A stretch of DNA of 64,000 bases, taken from Alphaproteobacteria bacterium. GTDB taxonomy: Bacteria; Pseudomonadota; Alphaproteobacteria; Bin95. This document shows, piece by piece, positions 9,429 to 19,021 of the stretch (position 1 is its first letter; each line of letters begins with the position of its first letter). The translations under genes were made by a program, and so were the position numbers. The DNA lies in NCBI GenBank assembly GCA_963665325.3, contig CAXXWS020000003.1:160001-224000 (forward strand), in the 5' to 3' direction. The notes beneath the pieces are model-generated. The model saw nothing but the letters and a program-made list of their open reading frames with translations. It was not told the origin of the DNA and did not search any database.

Positions 9429-11399
9429 ATGACCGACAACTTCCCCAACCTGTTCAGCCCGGTCGCCGTCGGGTCCTATACGCTCCGGAACCGGATCATG
9501 AACACCGGTCACGCGGCGCACCACCAGTCGGGGGACGGCACGCCTACGGAAGCCTATGTCCACTATCTGCGCGAGCGGGCGAAAGGCGGGGCCGGCCTCA
9601 TCGTCACCGCGCACACTGTGCCGGTGTACGATGGCGAGACATCCCTGTCGCTGACGAATTTCCACGACGATATCGTCCCGATTTACCAACGCATCGCCGA
9701 GGCCGTGCACGAATTCGACGTGCCGACCCTGGCGCAGCTGGGACATCGCGGTCGGCGCGTCGCCGACGATTCCGCCTTTATCGGCCGGCCGGTCGTGGCC
9801 CCCTCGGCCGTGCCGCCGCCCGATTTCTCTGTGCCGGTTTATATGCCGCACGAACTCACCACTGGCGAGGCGGAGGCCCTGGTCGGGAATTTCGCCGACG
9901 CCGCGCGCCGCATGCGCCGGAGCGATTTCGACGGCGTCGAACTAGCGGTGGGCATGGACTACCTGTTCGCTAACTTCCTCCATCCGCACGGCAACCGCCG
10001 GACGGACAAATACGGGGGCGGCACGACGGCCGAACGCATGACCTTCCTGCGCGAGACCCTGGCGGCGATCCGGTCCGAATTGGGCGCGGAGCGGATCCTC
10101 GGCATCCGCCTTTACGACGACGTGATGGACTACAGCCTCAAGCTGTCGGACCTGGTCGAGCTTGCGCGCCTTCTGGACCGGGAAAACCTCGTCGATTACT
10201 TCAACATCTGGCACGGCATCGTGCCGAGCCCGAAGCAGGGCCGCATGCACTGGCCGAGCTACTATTACGAGCCGGGCGCCTTCACCTATTTGCCAGAAGC
10301 CGTGAAGTCCGTCGTCTCGCGGCCCGTGGTCGGCACAGGGCGGATGGATTCGCCGGCCGTCGCCGAGCGCGTCCTTGCGGACGGCAAGGCCGATATCGTC
10401 GGCATGGCCAAGACGCTGATCGCCGACCCCCACTTCCCGAACAAGGCGCGGGCAGGACGGGTGGACGATATCCGCCCCTGCATCGCCTGCACCCAGGCCT
10501 GCGTCGGGCATGTGGATATCGGGCTCGGCGTGGGGTGCATCTACAACCCGGTCACCGGGCGGGAGCAGGACTGGGCCGAACTGCGCACGGCCGAAAGGAA
10601 GAAGAAGATCGTCATCGTCGGCGCGGGACCGGCCGGCATGGAGGCCGCCCGCATTGCCGGCCAGCGGGGCCACGATGTCGTTCTCATGGACCGCAACAGG
10701 CGGCTCGGAGGCCAGATCGACCTGGTCATGAAGGCGCCGGACCGGGGCAGCTTCGAAGAAATCATCCTCTGGTTCGAACGCCAATTGCCGAAACACGGCG
10801 TCGAAATCCGATTGGGGATCGAGGCCACTTTGGAAACCGTCCTGGCCGCCGATCCCGACGAGATCGTCCTCGCCACCGGCTCCACGGCATATTTCCCGGA
10901 AATCGAGGGGGTGGAGCGGTCCCACGTCTTCTCCGCCCGGGACGTGCTGGCCGGCCGCGCGGCGCTCGGAGAAAGCGTGCTCGTGGTCGATACGCTCGGG
11001 CGGGCCGAGGCCGCTACGACCGCCGACTATCTGGCGATGCGCGGGCACAAGGTCGAGCTCCTGACCGGGCTGGAGACCGTCGCCCCCTTCATGCCCTCGC
11101 CGACGCGCCACCACCTGCTGGAAAGGCTGATGAAGGCCGGCGTCGCGCTGACGACCCACACCGCGCTCTGGGAAATCGGGGAGGCCGGCGCCGAGGCATA
11201 TAATACCGTCACCTGGGAGCCCCGGACGATCGGGGGCTTCGACAGCGTCGTGTTCGGGTCCGGCGGCAAGGCCGATACAAGGCTTTACGAAGAGCTTTCG
11301 GCGCATCGTGGATCGCTTCACCCGATCGGCGACTGCTTCCAGCCGCGGGATATCGAAGTGGCGGTCGTGGATGGACACAGGGTCGCGCGCGGCCTCTGA
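9429..11399 (+). CDS. Old-yellow-enzyme-family FMN/FAD/[4Fe-4S] oxidoreductase (FadH/TMADH-like)
   Basis: TIM-barrel motifs NRRTDKYGG and ADPHFPNK, CIACTQAC-x11-C cluster motif, GAGPAG FAD site. Confidence 0.9.
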   Translation: MTDNFPNLFSPVAVGSYTLRNRIMNTGHAAHHQSGDGTPTEAYVHYLRERAKGGAGLIVTAHTVPVYDGETSLSLTNFHDDIVPIYQRIAEAVHEFDVPTLAQLGHRGRRVADDSAFIGRPVVAPSAVPPPDFSVPVYMPHELTTGEAEALVGNFADAARRMRRSDFDGVELAVGMDYLFANFLHPHGNRRTDKYGGGTTAERMTFLRETLAAIRSELGAERILGIRLYDDVMDYSLKLSDLVELARLLDRENLVDYFNIWHGIVPSPKQGRMHWPSYYYEPGAFTYLPEAVKSVVSRPVVGTGRMDSPAVAERVLADGKADIVGMAKTLIADPHFPNKARAGRVDDIRPCIACTQACVGHVDIGLGVGCIYNPVTGREQDWAELRTAERKKKIVIVGAGPAGMEAARIAGQRGHDVVLMDRNRRLGGQIDLVMKAPDRGSFEEIILWFERQLPKHGVEIRLGIEATLETVLAADPDEIVLATGSTAYFPEIEGVERSHVFSARDVLAGRAALGESVLVVDTLGRAEAATTADYLAMRGHKVELLTGLETVAPFMPSPTRHHLLERLMKAGVALTTHTALWEIGEAGAEAYNTVTWEPRTIGGFDSVVFGSGGKADTRLYEELSAHRGSLHPIGDCFQPRDIEVAVVDGHRVARGL

Positions 11400-11439
11400 G
11401 GCCCCTGCAAGCCCGAACACCCTTGGAAGGAACCGGCAC

Positions 11440-12639
11440 ATGAAGATTACCGCGCTCGAAACCGTCAGGCTCGACGAGTTTCCCAACGTGCTGTGGGTGC
11501 GGGTGCACACGGACGAGGGGCTGGTGGGCCTCGGCGAGACGTTTTTCGGCGCCCGGGCGGTCGAGGCCTATCTGCACGAGTCGGCGGCGACGGTGGTGCT
11601 CGGCCGCGATCCGCTCGCCATCGAGCGCATCGGCCGCGACCTCACGCCCTATATCGGCTTCGCGGGCACCGGGGCGGAGGCCCGCGGCCGGTCCGCGGTC
11701 GACATCGCGCTCTGGGACCTGTTCGGCAAGGCGACGGGACAGCCGGTCTACCAGTTGCTGGGCGGCCTCAGCCGGGACCGCATCCGCACCTACAACACCT
11801 GCGCGGGCTATCGCTATGTGCGCAGCCGCCCGGACTGGGGCACGGACGACTGGGGGCTGGAGGGCGCGGACGAAGGCCCGTACGAGGACCTCGATGCCTT
11901 CCTCCACCGCGCCGACGAACTGGCGCTGAGCCTGCTGGAGCAGGGCATCACCGGCATGAAGATCTGGCCGTTCGACCATGCGGCGGTAGCCTCCGAGGGC
12001 TACTACATCTCCGCCCGAGATATCGACAAGGCGCTGGAGCCGTTCCGCAAGATTCGGGGCGCGGTCGGCGACCGCATGGACATCATGGTGGAGCTGCACT
12101 CGCTCTGGCGCCATCCGGCCGCGGTCAAAGTCGCGGCCGCCATCGAGCCCTTCGACCCCTTCTGGTACGAGGACCCGATCCGCATGGACAGCCTCTCGGC
12201 GTTGACCGACTACGCGGCCAAGACCCGCGTGCCGATCTGCGTCAGCGAGACGCTCGGCGGCAAGTGGGAGTTCCGCGACCTGCTGGAGACCGGGGCCTGC
12301 GGCATCGCCATGCCCGACATTTCCTGGTGCGGCGGCCTGACCGAGGCCCGCAAGATCGCCGCGCTGGCGGACACCTACCACCGGCCGGTGGCCCCGCACG
12401 ATTGCTCGGGGCCGGTCGCATTCATGGCCTGCGTGCACCTGTCGCTCAGCGTGCCGAACGCGCTGGTGCAGGAATCGGTGCGCGCCTTCTATGACGGCTG
12501 GTACCGGGAGCTGGTGACGACGATCCCGACCGTCGAGAACGGCTGGATCCTGCCCCCCGAAGGGCCGGGGCTGGGCACCGACCTGCTGCCCGGCCTGGAG
12601 CGGCGCAAGGACGCGCATGTGACGGTGAGCCGGGGATAG
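11440..12639 (+). CDS. Mandelate racemase/muconate lactonizing enzyme (enolase superfamily) protein
   Basis: GLGET, SAVDIALWDLFGKATGQPVYQLLGG, MVELH, WYEDP, APHD motifs. Confidence 0.9.
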   Translation: MKITALETVRLDEFPNVLWVRVHTDEGLVGLGETFFGARAVEAYLHESAATVVLGRDPLAIERIGRDLTPYIGFAGTGAEARGRSAVDIALWDLFGKATGQPVYQLLGGLSRDRIRTYNTCAGYRYVRSRPDWGTDDWGLEGADEGPYEDLDAFLHRADELALSLLEQGITGMKIWPFDHAAVASEGYYISARDIDKALEPFRKIRGAVGDRMDIMVELHSLWRHPAAVKVAAAIEPFDPFWYEDPIRMDSLSALTDYAAKTRVPICVSETLGGKWEFRDLLETGACGIAMPDISWCGGLTEARKIAALADTYHRPVAPHDCSGPVAFMACVHLSLSVPNALVQESVRAFYDGWYRELVTTIPTVENGWILPPEGPGLGTDLLPGLERRKDAHVTVSRG

Positions 12640-12709
12640 CGCGGGATAGTGCCGCGGGGACGGGCGTCCTATAGTCCGGCGGCGATTTTCCCGACTGGAG
12701 CGAGAATTT

Positions 12710-13426
12710 ATGGAACTCGTCTTCCGCGACGACGCCTATGCGAGGGCCTGCGATGCCGTGGTGACGGCCGCGACCCCGGCCGGCGTCGCGCTCGACCGCA
12801 CGGTGTTCTACCCGACTGGCGGCGGCCAGCCCGGCGACACGGGCCGCCTGGTGGATGAGAGCGGCGCGGTCGTCGCCGTGCTGCCGGCAACGAAGGGCGA
12901 CGGGGACACGGTTCTGCACCCCCTCCCGGAGGGCAACGCGCCGCCCCGCGTCGGGGCGAGGGTGCGGGCCGAGATCGACTGGGAGCGCCGCTACCGGCAC
13001 ATGCGCATGCACACCTGCCTGCACCTGCTCTCCGCCATCGTGACGGGCGGCGTCACCGGCGGCGCGGTTGGCGAGTCGAAGAGCCGGCTCGATTTCGACC
13101 TGCCGGACACAGCCCTCGACAAGGAGGCGCTGGACGCGGCGCTAAACGCGCTTATCGAAGCCGACCATCCCGTCGCCGCGCGCTGGATCGACGAGGCCGA
13201 ACTCGACGCCAATCCCGAGCTGGTGCGCACCATGTCGGTGCAGCCGCCGCGCGGGGCCGGGCGGGTGCGGGTGCTGGAGGTCGGCGCGAGCGTGGACCTG
13301 CAGCCCTGCGGCGGCACCCATGTCGCGCGCACCGGCGAGATCGGGCGCGTGCGCATCGGCAAGATCGAGAACAAGGGCCGGCGCAACCGGCGCATCAATG
13401 TCCATCTGGAGGAGGAGGGCGCATGA
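12710..13426 (+). CDS. alaX: Alanyl-tRNA editing protein (AlaX-M type)
   Basis: TVFYPTGGGQPGDTG, HTCLH and CGGTH zinc motifs. Confidence 0.92.
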   Translation: MELVFRDDAYARACDAVVTAATPAGVALDRTVFYPTGGGQPGDTGRLVDESGAVVAVLPATKGDGDTVLHPLPEGNAPPRVGARVRAEIDWERRYRHMRMHTCLHLLSAIVTGGVTGGAVGESKSRLDFDLPDTALDKEALDAALNALIEADHPVAARWIDEAELDANPELVRTMSVQPPRGAGRVRVLEVGASVDLQPCGGTHVARTGEIGRVRIGKIENKGRRNRRINVHLEEEGA

Positions 13427-14229
13427 GCGCGCTGATTTCCACCGGCGAACTGGCGGCGCGGCTGGGCCAGGTCGTCCTGCTGGACGGCAGCCACCACCTG
13501 CCGACCGCCGGCCGCGACGCGGGCGCGGAGTTCCTGGAGGCGCATATTCCGGGCGCACGCTTCTTCGATATAGACGGCGTGTCCGATCATGCCTCCGACC
13601 TGCCGCACATGCTGCCCGACGCAAAGGGCTTCGCGCTCGCCATGGGAGCGATGGGGATTACCCGAGATGACGAGGTCGTGGTCTATGACACGGTCGGCAC
13701 GACCGGCGCGGCACGCGTCTGGTGGACCTTCCGCGCCTTCGGCCACGAACGGGTAAGTGTGCTGGACGGCGGCCTGCCCAAATGGCGCGCTGAGGGCCGG
13801 CCCGTCGAGGCGGGATATGCCGCCGAAGCGCGGCCGGAGCTGGTGCGCGCGCGCGACGACATGCTGGCCAATATCGGGAGCCGCGCCGAGCAGGTGCTGG
13901 ACGCGCGCAGCGCCGGGCGCTTCGCCGCGACCGAGCCGGAGCCGAGGGCCGGTATGCGCGGCGGGCATATCCCCGGCAGCCTCAACCTGCCCTACACGGA
14001 GCTCCTAGACCCGGCGAGCCGCACTTTTCGAGACAAGGCTGCGCTCAAGGCCGCGTTCGAGGCGGCGGGGCTCGACCTGGACAAGCCCGTCGCGACGACC
14101 TGCGGGTCCGGCGTTTCGGCCGCCGTGCTGGCGCTCGGGCTTTACGAATTGGGACGAACCGATGCGGCCGTCTATGACGGCTCGTGGAGCGAATGGGGAT
14201 CGCGAGAGGACACGCCGGTAGAGACATGA
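13423..14229 (+). CDS. sseA: 3-mercaptopyruvate sulfurtransferase (tandem rhodanese)
   Basis: HIPGA, LDGGL, GHIPGS, CGSGVS active site, YDGSWSEW; ATGA overlap with alaX. Confidence 0.93.
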   Translation: MSALISTGELAARLGQVVLLDGSHHLPTAGRDAGAEFLEAHIPGARFFDIDGVSDHASDLPHMLPDAKGFALAMGAMGITRDDEVVVYDTVGTTGAARVWWTFRAFGHERVSVLDGGLPKWRAEGRPVEAGYAAEARPELVRARDDMLANIGSRAEQVLDARSAGRFAATEPEPRAGMRGGHIPGSLNLPYTELLDPASRTFRDKAALKAAFEAAGLDLDKPVATTCGSGVSAAVLALGLYELGRTDAAVYDGSWSEWGSREDTPVET

Positions 14230-15401
14230 AAAACGGAAAACGGCCGGACACGGTCCTGACGCATGCGGGGCGCCACCCGCATGACTATTTCGGCGTGGTC
14301 AACACGCCGGTCTTCCACGCCTCGACGATCCTCTCGCGCACGGTCGCCGAGCGGCTTGCGCCGAAGGGCCCGCGCGACCCGGCCTACGGACGGCGCGGCA
14401 CGCCCACCATGTTCACCCTGGAGGACACGGTGGCGGAGATCGAGGGCGCGGAGGGCGCGGTCATATGCCCGTCCGGCATGGCGGCGGTCGCGCTCGGCTA
14501 TTCGTCCATGCTGTCGGCCGGCGACCATGTGCTGGTGGCGGACTGCGTCTATGCCCCGGCGCGGCGCTACGCCACCGAGGCGCTGCCGCGCCACGGCATC
14601 CAGGCGACCTTCTTCGACCCCGGTATCGGCGCCGGCATCGCGGAGCTGATGCGCCCGGAAACGAAGCTGGTCTATCTGGAGGCGCCCGGCTCGCAGACCT
14701 TCGAGATGCAGGACGTGCCGGCGATCGCGGCGGCCGCCCATGCCGGCGGCGCGCGTGTGGCCATAGACAATACCTGGGCGACGCCGCTCTTCTTCAAGCC
14801 CTTCGAGCATGGCGCAGACATCTCCATCCACGCAGCCACCAAATATATCGTCGGCCATTCCGACGCGATGCTGGGCGTCGTCACCTGCGGCGACACCGAG
14901 ACGCTGGACATGGTGCGCGCCTGGTGGAACATGACCGGGCTCTGCGCCGGCCCCGACGACATCTATCTCGGCACGCGCGGCATCCGCACGATGAGCGTCC
15001 GCCTCGCCCGCCACCAGGAGAACGCGATGCGGGTCGCGACCTGGCTCCAGGAACGCCCGGAGGTCGAGCGGGTGCTCTATCCGGCGCTGCCCGACGATCC
15101 GGGCCACGCGCTCTGGAAGCGGGACTTCACCGGCGCGTCCGGCCTGTTCGGCGTCGTGCTGCAACCGGCGGACGCGGACGCCGTGGCGGCGATGCTGGAC
15201 GGGCTGGAGCTGTTCGGCATGGGCTCCAGCTGGGGCGGCTTCGAGAGCCTGATCGTGCCGAGCGACCCGACCGCCTGGCGCACCGCCACGGTCTGGAACC
15301 CCGCCGGCCCGCTGCTCCGCCTCCATATCGGCCTGGAGGACACGGACGACCTGATCGCCGACCTCGACGCCGGCTTCGCAAGGCTGAAGGCTGCGGGGTA
15401 G
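14226..15401 (+). CDS. metC: Cystathionine beta-lyase
   Basis: VNTPVFHAST, YGRRGTPT, DNTWATP, ATKY PLP lysine, SWGGFESL, LRLHIGLED; ATGA overlap with sseA. Confidence 0.93.
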   Translation: MKNGKRPDTVLTHAGRHPHDYFGVVNTPVFHASTILSRTVAERLAPKGPRDPAYGRRGTPTMFTLEDTVAEIEGAEGAVICPSGMAAVALGYSSMLSAGDHVLVADCVYAPARRYATEALPRHGIQATFFDPGIGAGIAELMRPETKLVYLEAPGSQTFEMQDVPAIAAAAHAGGARVAIDNTWATPLFFKPFEHGADISIHAATKYIVGHSDAMLGVVTCGDTETLDMVRAWWNMTGLCAGPDDIYLGTRGIRTMSVRLARHQENAMRVATWLQERPEVERVLYPALPDDPGHALWKRDFTGASGLFGVVLQPADADAVAAMLDGLELFGMGSSWGGFESLIVPSDPTAWRTATVWNPAGPLLRLHIGLEDTDDLIADLDAGFARLKAAG

Positions 15402-15421
15402 GACGGGCTTGGAGACAGCCT

Positions 15422-16108
15422 GTGACGGAGCGCGATACCCCCGGCGGGCCCGCTCCGCAGCGCAAGCACAATGAGGACCGGATGCGCCGCGCCCGTTCCT
15501 GGCTCGCACGGAGCCGGCGGGCGGGGGCAGAGGAGGTCGAGCGGTTTATGTTCCTCTGGATCGCGTTCAACGCGGCTTACGGGAACGAGGCCGCGCTTCG
15601 CGATTTCGTTGAGCGGGAGGACGAGAGAGGCGGCGAGTCCTACCGTTTCCGGACATTCCTCCGGAACATCGTCGAGAAGGACGCGAACCGGATTCTGGAA
15701 AGGATCGTCTGGGACGAGTTCTCCGGGCCGATCCGCGTGCTGCTGGCGAACCCTTATGTGTTCCGTCCCTTCTGGCGGTCAGTCTGGAGTTCGGAGCAGG
15801 ACAGGGACTGGCGGCTGAGTCTTGAGGGCAGCAAGAAGGTCGCCGGGGCGGCGTTGACCAGACGGGACATCTTCACTGTCCTCTCCGTCGTCTTCGACCG
15901 TCTCTACACGCTGCGCAACCAGATCTTCCACGGCGGCGCGACCTGGCCGGCGGGCTTCGGCAGGGACCAGATCCGGGACGGCAGCCGCATCATGGCCTCC
16001 CTCGTGCCCGCGATCCTCGACATCATGCAGGCCGACATCGAGCAGAACCCGGACTCGGAACTCTGGGGAAAGGTCGCCTATCCGCGCATCAATCCGGAGC
16101 CCGAATAG
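15422..16108 (+). CDS. HEPN-domain protein (putative RNase)
   Basis: GTG start after GGAG; RARSWL...FMFLWIAFNAAYG...LYTLRNQIFHGG containing the R-x4-H HEPN motif. Confidence 0.72.
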   Translation: MTERDTPGGPAPQRKHNEDRMRRARSWLARSRRAGAEEVERFMFLWIAFNAAYGNEAALRDFVEREDERGGESYRFRTFLRNIVEKDANRILERIVWDEFSGPIRVLLANPYVFRPFWRSVWSSEQDRDWRLSLEGSKKVAGAALTRRDIFTVLSVVFDRLYTLRNQIFHGGATWPAGFGRDQIRDGSRIMASLVPAILDIMQADIEQNPDSELWGKVAYPRINPEPE

Positions 16109-17358
16109 GCGCGGCAGCGCCCGGCGAGGTGGCGGGCGACGCTGCGGGCATCTTCGCCGACGCCGTAGAGGATGCCGGACTTGCGCCACGTCATCCAGTT
16201 GAGGCCGACGAAATAGAGGCCGGGACAGGCGCTCACACCGCCCGGTGCAACCGGATATCCCGTTTCGTCGAGCACCGGGGCCTCGATCCAGGAGAAGTCG
16301 CAGCGGTAGCCCGCGGCCCAGACCACGCTCGCGATGCCGGCCCCGGCGAGGTCGAGCTCCCGCAGCACTTCAGGCATGGCGCCGTCTTCGGGCGGGCCGC
16401 CGGCAAGCTCCTCCGGCGTCGGCGGCGGCGCGTCGATGCCGCGCTCCGCGATGTGCCGGTCGAACTCGCCGGCGATCCTCTCGCAGAACTCGTCCGCGAA
16501 GCGCATTTCCTCATGCAGCCCGCCATCGAGGCGCGCCCGCTCGCCCTCGCAGCCGATCAACCGGCCGAGAAGGCGGACGCCGCGACGGTGGACACCGTGC
16601 AGGCTGAGCGTGTAGCCGCCGTTCCGGCCGGTAAGGTGCGGGTCAGCCCGGAAGCGCATCTCAGGACTTTCGAGCATGTCCGGGGTCCGGTCGAGATAGC
16701 CCATGTCGCGCTGCCAGGCGATGCAGTCACGCCCCCGCCAGCGCCTCGGTAGCCGGCCGGCGCGTCCGACGCAAAGCCAGACATCGCGGCCCGCTTCGTG
16801 CAGTTCCTCGGCGACTTGACAGCCGGTCTGCCCGGCGCCGACGACCAGGACGCCGCCCGGCGCCAGCATGTCCGGGCGCTTGTAACCGTCGGCGGCAAGC
16901 TGCTTCAGGCGGCGCGGCAGGCGTTCGGCAACGGGCGGGACATGCGGCGCCTGGTAAGTGCCCGTCGCCACGACGACATTGCGCGCGTTGTAGCGGCCGT
17001 CGCCTGTCTCCACCTCGTATCCGTCGTCCGAGCGCCGCACGGCCCGCACCTCGACCCCGCAGCGCACCGGCGCGTCGAAGGACTCCGCCCAGCGCTCGAA
17101 ATGGCGCACGAGGTCGTCGCGCGAGAGGAAACCGTCCGGGTCGCCGCCCGTATATTCCGCGCCGGGCAACGTAATCGACCAGTTGGGTGTGACGGTGCAA
17201 AACGAGTCCCAGCGGCGGTCACGCCAGCTTGACGCGATGCTTGAGCGTTCCAGCACGACATGCCCGATGCCGAGCTCCCGGAGGAAGTAGCTGACCGCGA
17301 GGCCGCCCTGCCCGGCCCCGACGATGACAGCCTCGTAGCGCGGCGCGCGCGCCGCCAC
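16078..17358 (-). CDS. Flavin-containing monooxygenase / FAD-dependent oxidoreductase
   Basis: GAGQGG, RWDSF..VTPNW, VATG, GAGQTGCQVAEEL, PGLYFVGL. Confidence 0.88.
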   Translation of the reverse strand: MAARAPRYEAVIVGAGQGGLAVSYFLRELGIGHVVLERSSIASSWRDRRWDSFCTVTPNWSITLPGAEYTGGDPDGFLSRDDLVRHFERWAESFDAPVRCGVEVRAVRRSDDGYEVETGDGRYNARNVVVATGTYQAPHVPPVAERLPRRLKQLAADGYKRPDMLAPGGVLVVGAGQTGCQVAEELHEAGRDVWLCVGRAGRLPRRWRGRDCIAWQRDMGYLDRTPDMLESPEMRFRADPHLTGRNGGYTLSLHGVHRRGVRLLGRLIGCEGERARLDGGLHEEMRFADEFCERIAGEFDRHIAERGIDAPPPTPEELAGGPPEDGAMPEVLRELDLAGAGIASVVWAAGYRCDFSWIEAPVLDETGYPVAPGGVSACPGLYFVGLNWMTWRKSGILYGVGEDARSVARHLAGRCRAYSGSGLMRG

Positions 17359-17365
17359 TGCCGGG

Positions 17366-17860
17366 CTACTCGCCCGCGCTGAACTTCACGAAGTCGAGCG
17401 GCGGCGGGTCCTTGCCCGCATGCGAGAGCATGTGGTGGGTCTGCCCGCGATGGTGGATCTGGTGCTGGAACAGGTTGGTGAGGCAGCGCCGGAGCGGCAG
17501 GCTGAAATACTCCCCGGTCTCCACCGTGTCGAAGGAGAGGGTGCCTTCGAGCTCGGCCGGGTCCAGCCCGTCGGAGTAGCCGATATACCAGCGGTCCTGG
17601 GCTGTATGCGCGTTGCGGAGCGGCTCGAACTCCTCATGGAGGATCTCGTCGAGGCGGGTGAAGGTCGTCGGCTTCTTTTCCAGCCGCTCGCGGTAGATGA
17701 GGTCGGACAGCAGGATGTGGTTCAGGGTCGCGTGGATCGAGCGGAAGAAGCCCCGCCGGTCGAGAACGCGCTCCTCATGCGAAAGCTCCGCGCACGCCGC
17801 ATACAGCCGCTCATTGGCCCAGGCGTTGTAGCGCGCGGCGGTGGGTAGATCGACAAGCAT
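17366..17860 (-). CDS. DinB-family protein
   Basis: YNAWANERLY, SIHATLNHIL, HQIHHRGQ. Confidence 0.9.
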   Translation of the reverse strand: MLVDLPTAARYNAWANERLYAACAELSHEERVLDRRGFFRSIHATLNHILLSDLIYRERLEKKPTTFTRLDEILHEEFEPLRNAHTAQDRWYIGYSDGLDPAELEGTLSFDTVETGEYFSLPLRRCLTNLFQHQIHHRGQTHHMLSHAGKDPPPLDFVKFSAGE

Positions 17861-17892
17861 GGGAAGACGTCTCCAGCCCCCGAGGCAGGGGA

Positions 17893-18909
17893 CTATACGG
17901 GTGGCATCCGCCCGGTGGCAACGCGCCGCCATGCCGAGGGCGTCCGGCCGGTCACCCGCCGGAACTCGCGGTTGAAATTGCTCTTGGTGTTGAAGCCGGA
18001 GGCCAACATCGCCTCTGTCGCGGTCGCGCCGCCTTCGAGCGCCCGGCAGGCCTCGCGGATTCTGTAGGCGTTGACGTAGCGGGAGACATTGCCGCCGGTG
18101 CTCCGGTTGATCGCGGCGGAGAGCCGCTTGACCGGGACGTGAAGCACGCGCGCCAGCCGGGTGAGCGTGAGTTCCGAATCGAGATAGAGCCGCCGACTCT
18201 CCAGCAGCGCGTCGAGCCGGGCGATAAGCGCACGGTCCTCTTCCGGGTCGTACGGTATCTGGGGAACTTTCGGGGTCGGATCGCGCTCGCTCCGGGCGAG
18301 GCTCCACACCAGGACCAGACCGCCGACCGCGAGCAGGGATGCCGAGGACCAGACGGCGACGACCCACGGCAGCCAGCCGGCCCGGCCGCCGAGCATGGCC
18401 GCTACGAACGCCACGTCCCCAAGCGCTGACAGGATGAGCGACACCGCGATAACCTTCCAGACCAGCCCGGGCGCATCGCCCGTATCGAACGGCAGACGCG
18501 GCAGGGCGTCCGCGCCGCGCCACGCGGCCGCCAGGATGGTTCCCCCATAACCCAGAAAGAGCGCCGGAATGAGCGCGTCCAGCAGCGCCGGAGCGAACGC
18601 CGACGCCGCGAGCGCCAGCGTCGGCCCGGCGAGATGAACGAGGTCGCGCGGCAGACGGGGCCGCACCACGGCGCTGAACTGGAAGGCCGCCCATGCAAGC
18701 GGCGGAATCGCCGCGGCGGTCACGGGCTGCAGCGACCTGAAGGCGGCAATCCCGTAATGTTGCGCGAGCGCGATCACCGCCGCCTGCACGGCGCACAGCC
18801 CGACAAGGGCGACGAACAGGGCGGGCCGGTCGCGGCGCAGCAGAAGAACCGCCAGCAGGAACGCCAGGACGAGCGCGGAAATGAGAGGCAAGGGCAGGCT
18901 CGGCGTCAT
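17893..18909 (-). CDS. Membrane-anchored AraC-family transcriptional regulator
   Basis: N-terminal TM helices; C-terminal LTLTRLA...LSAAIN...YVNAYRI...SGFNTKSNFNREF HTH_18. Confidence 0.9.
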   Translation of the reverse strand: MTPSLPLPLISALVLAFLLAVLLLRRDRPALFVALVGLCAVQAAVIALAQHYGIAAFRSLQPVTAAAIPPLAWAAFQFSAVVRPRLPRDLVHLAGPTLALAASAFAPALLDALIPALFLGYGGTILAAAWRGADALPRLPFDTGDAPGLVWKVIAVSLILSALGDVAFVAAMLGGRAGWLPWVVAVWSSASLLAVGGLVLVWSLARSERDPTPKVPQIPYDPEEDRALIARLDALLESRRLYLDSELTLTRLARVLHVPVKRLSAAINRSTGGNVSRYVNAYRIREACRALEGGATATEAMLASGFNTKSNFNREFRRVTGRTPSAWRRVATGRMPPV

Positions 18910-19021
18910 GGCGCCCTTTGTGGCCTAAATCCGGATGCCGGACGACCTGAAACCGGTTCGAGGACGCCCCCGCCCCTTCCGGCGCCCATGTTCGGTCGGG
19001 CTCGAACGGCATGGGAGACAA

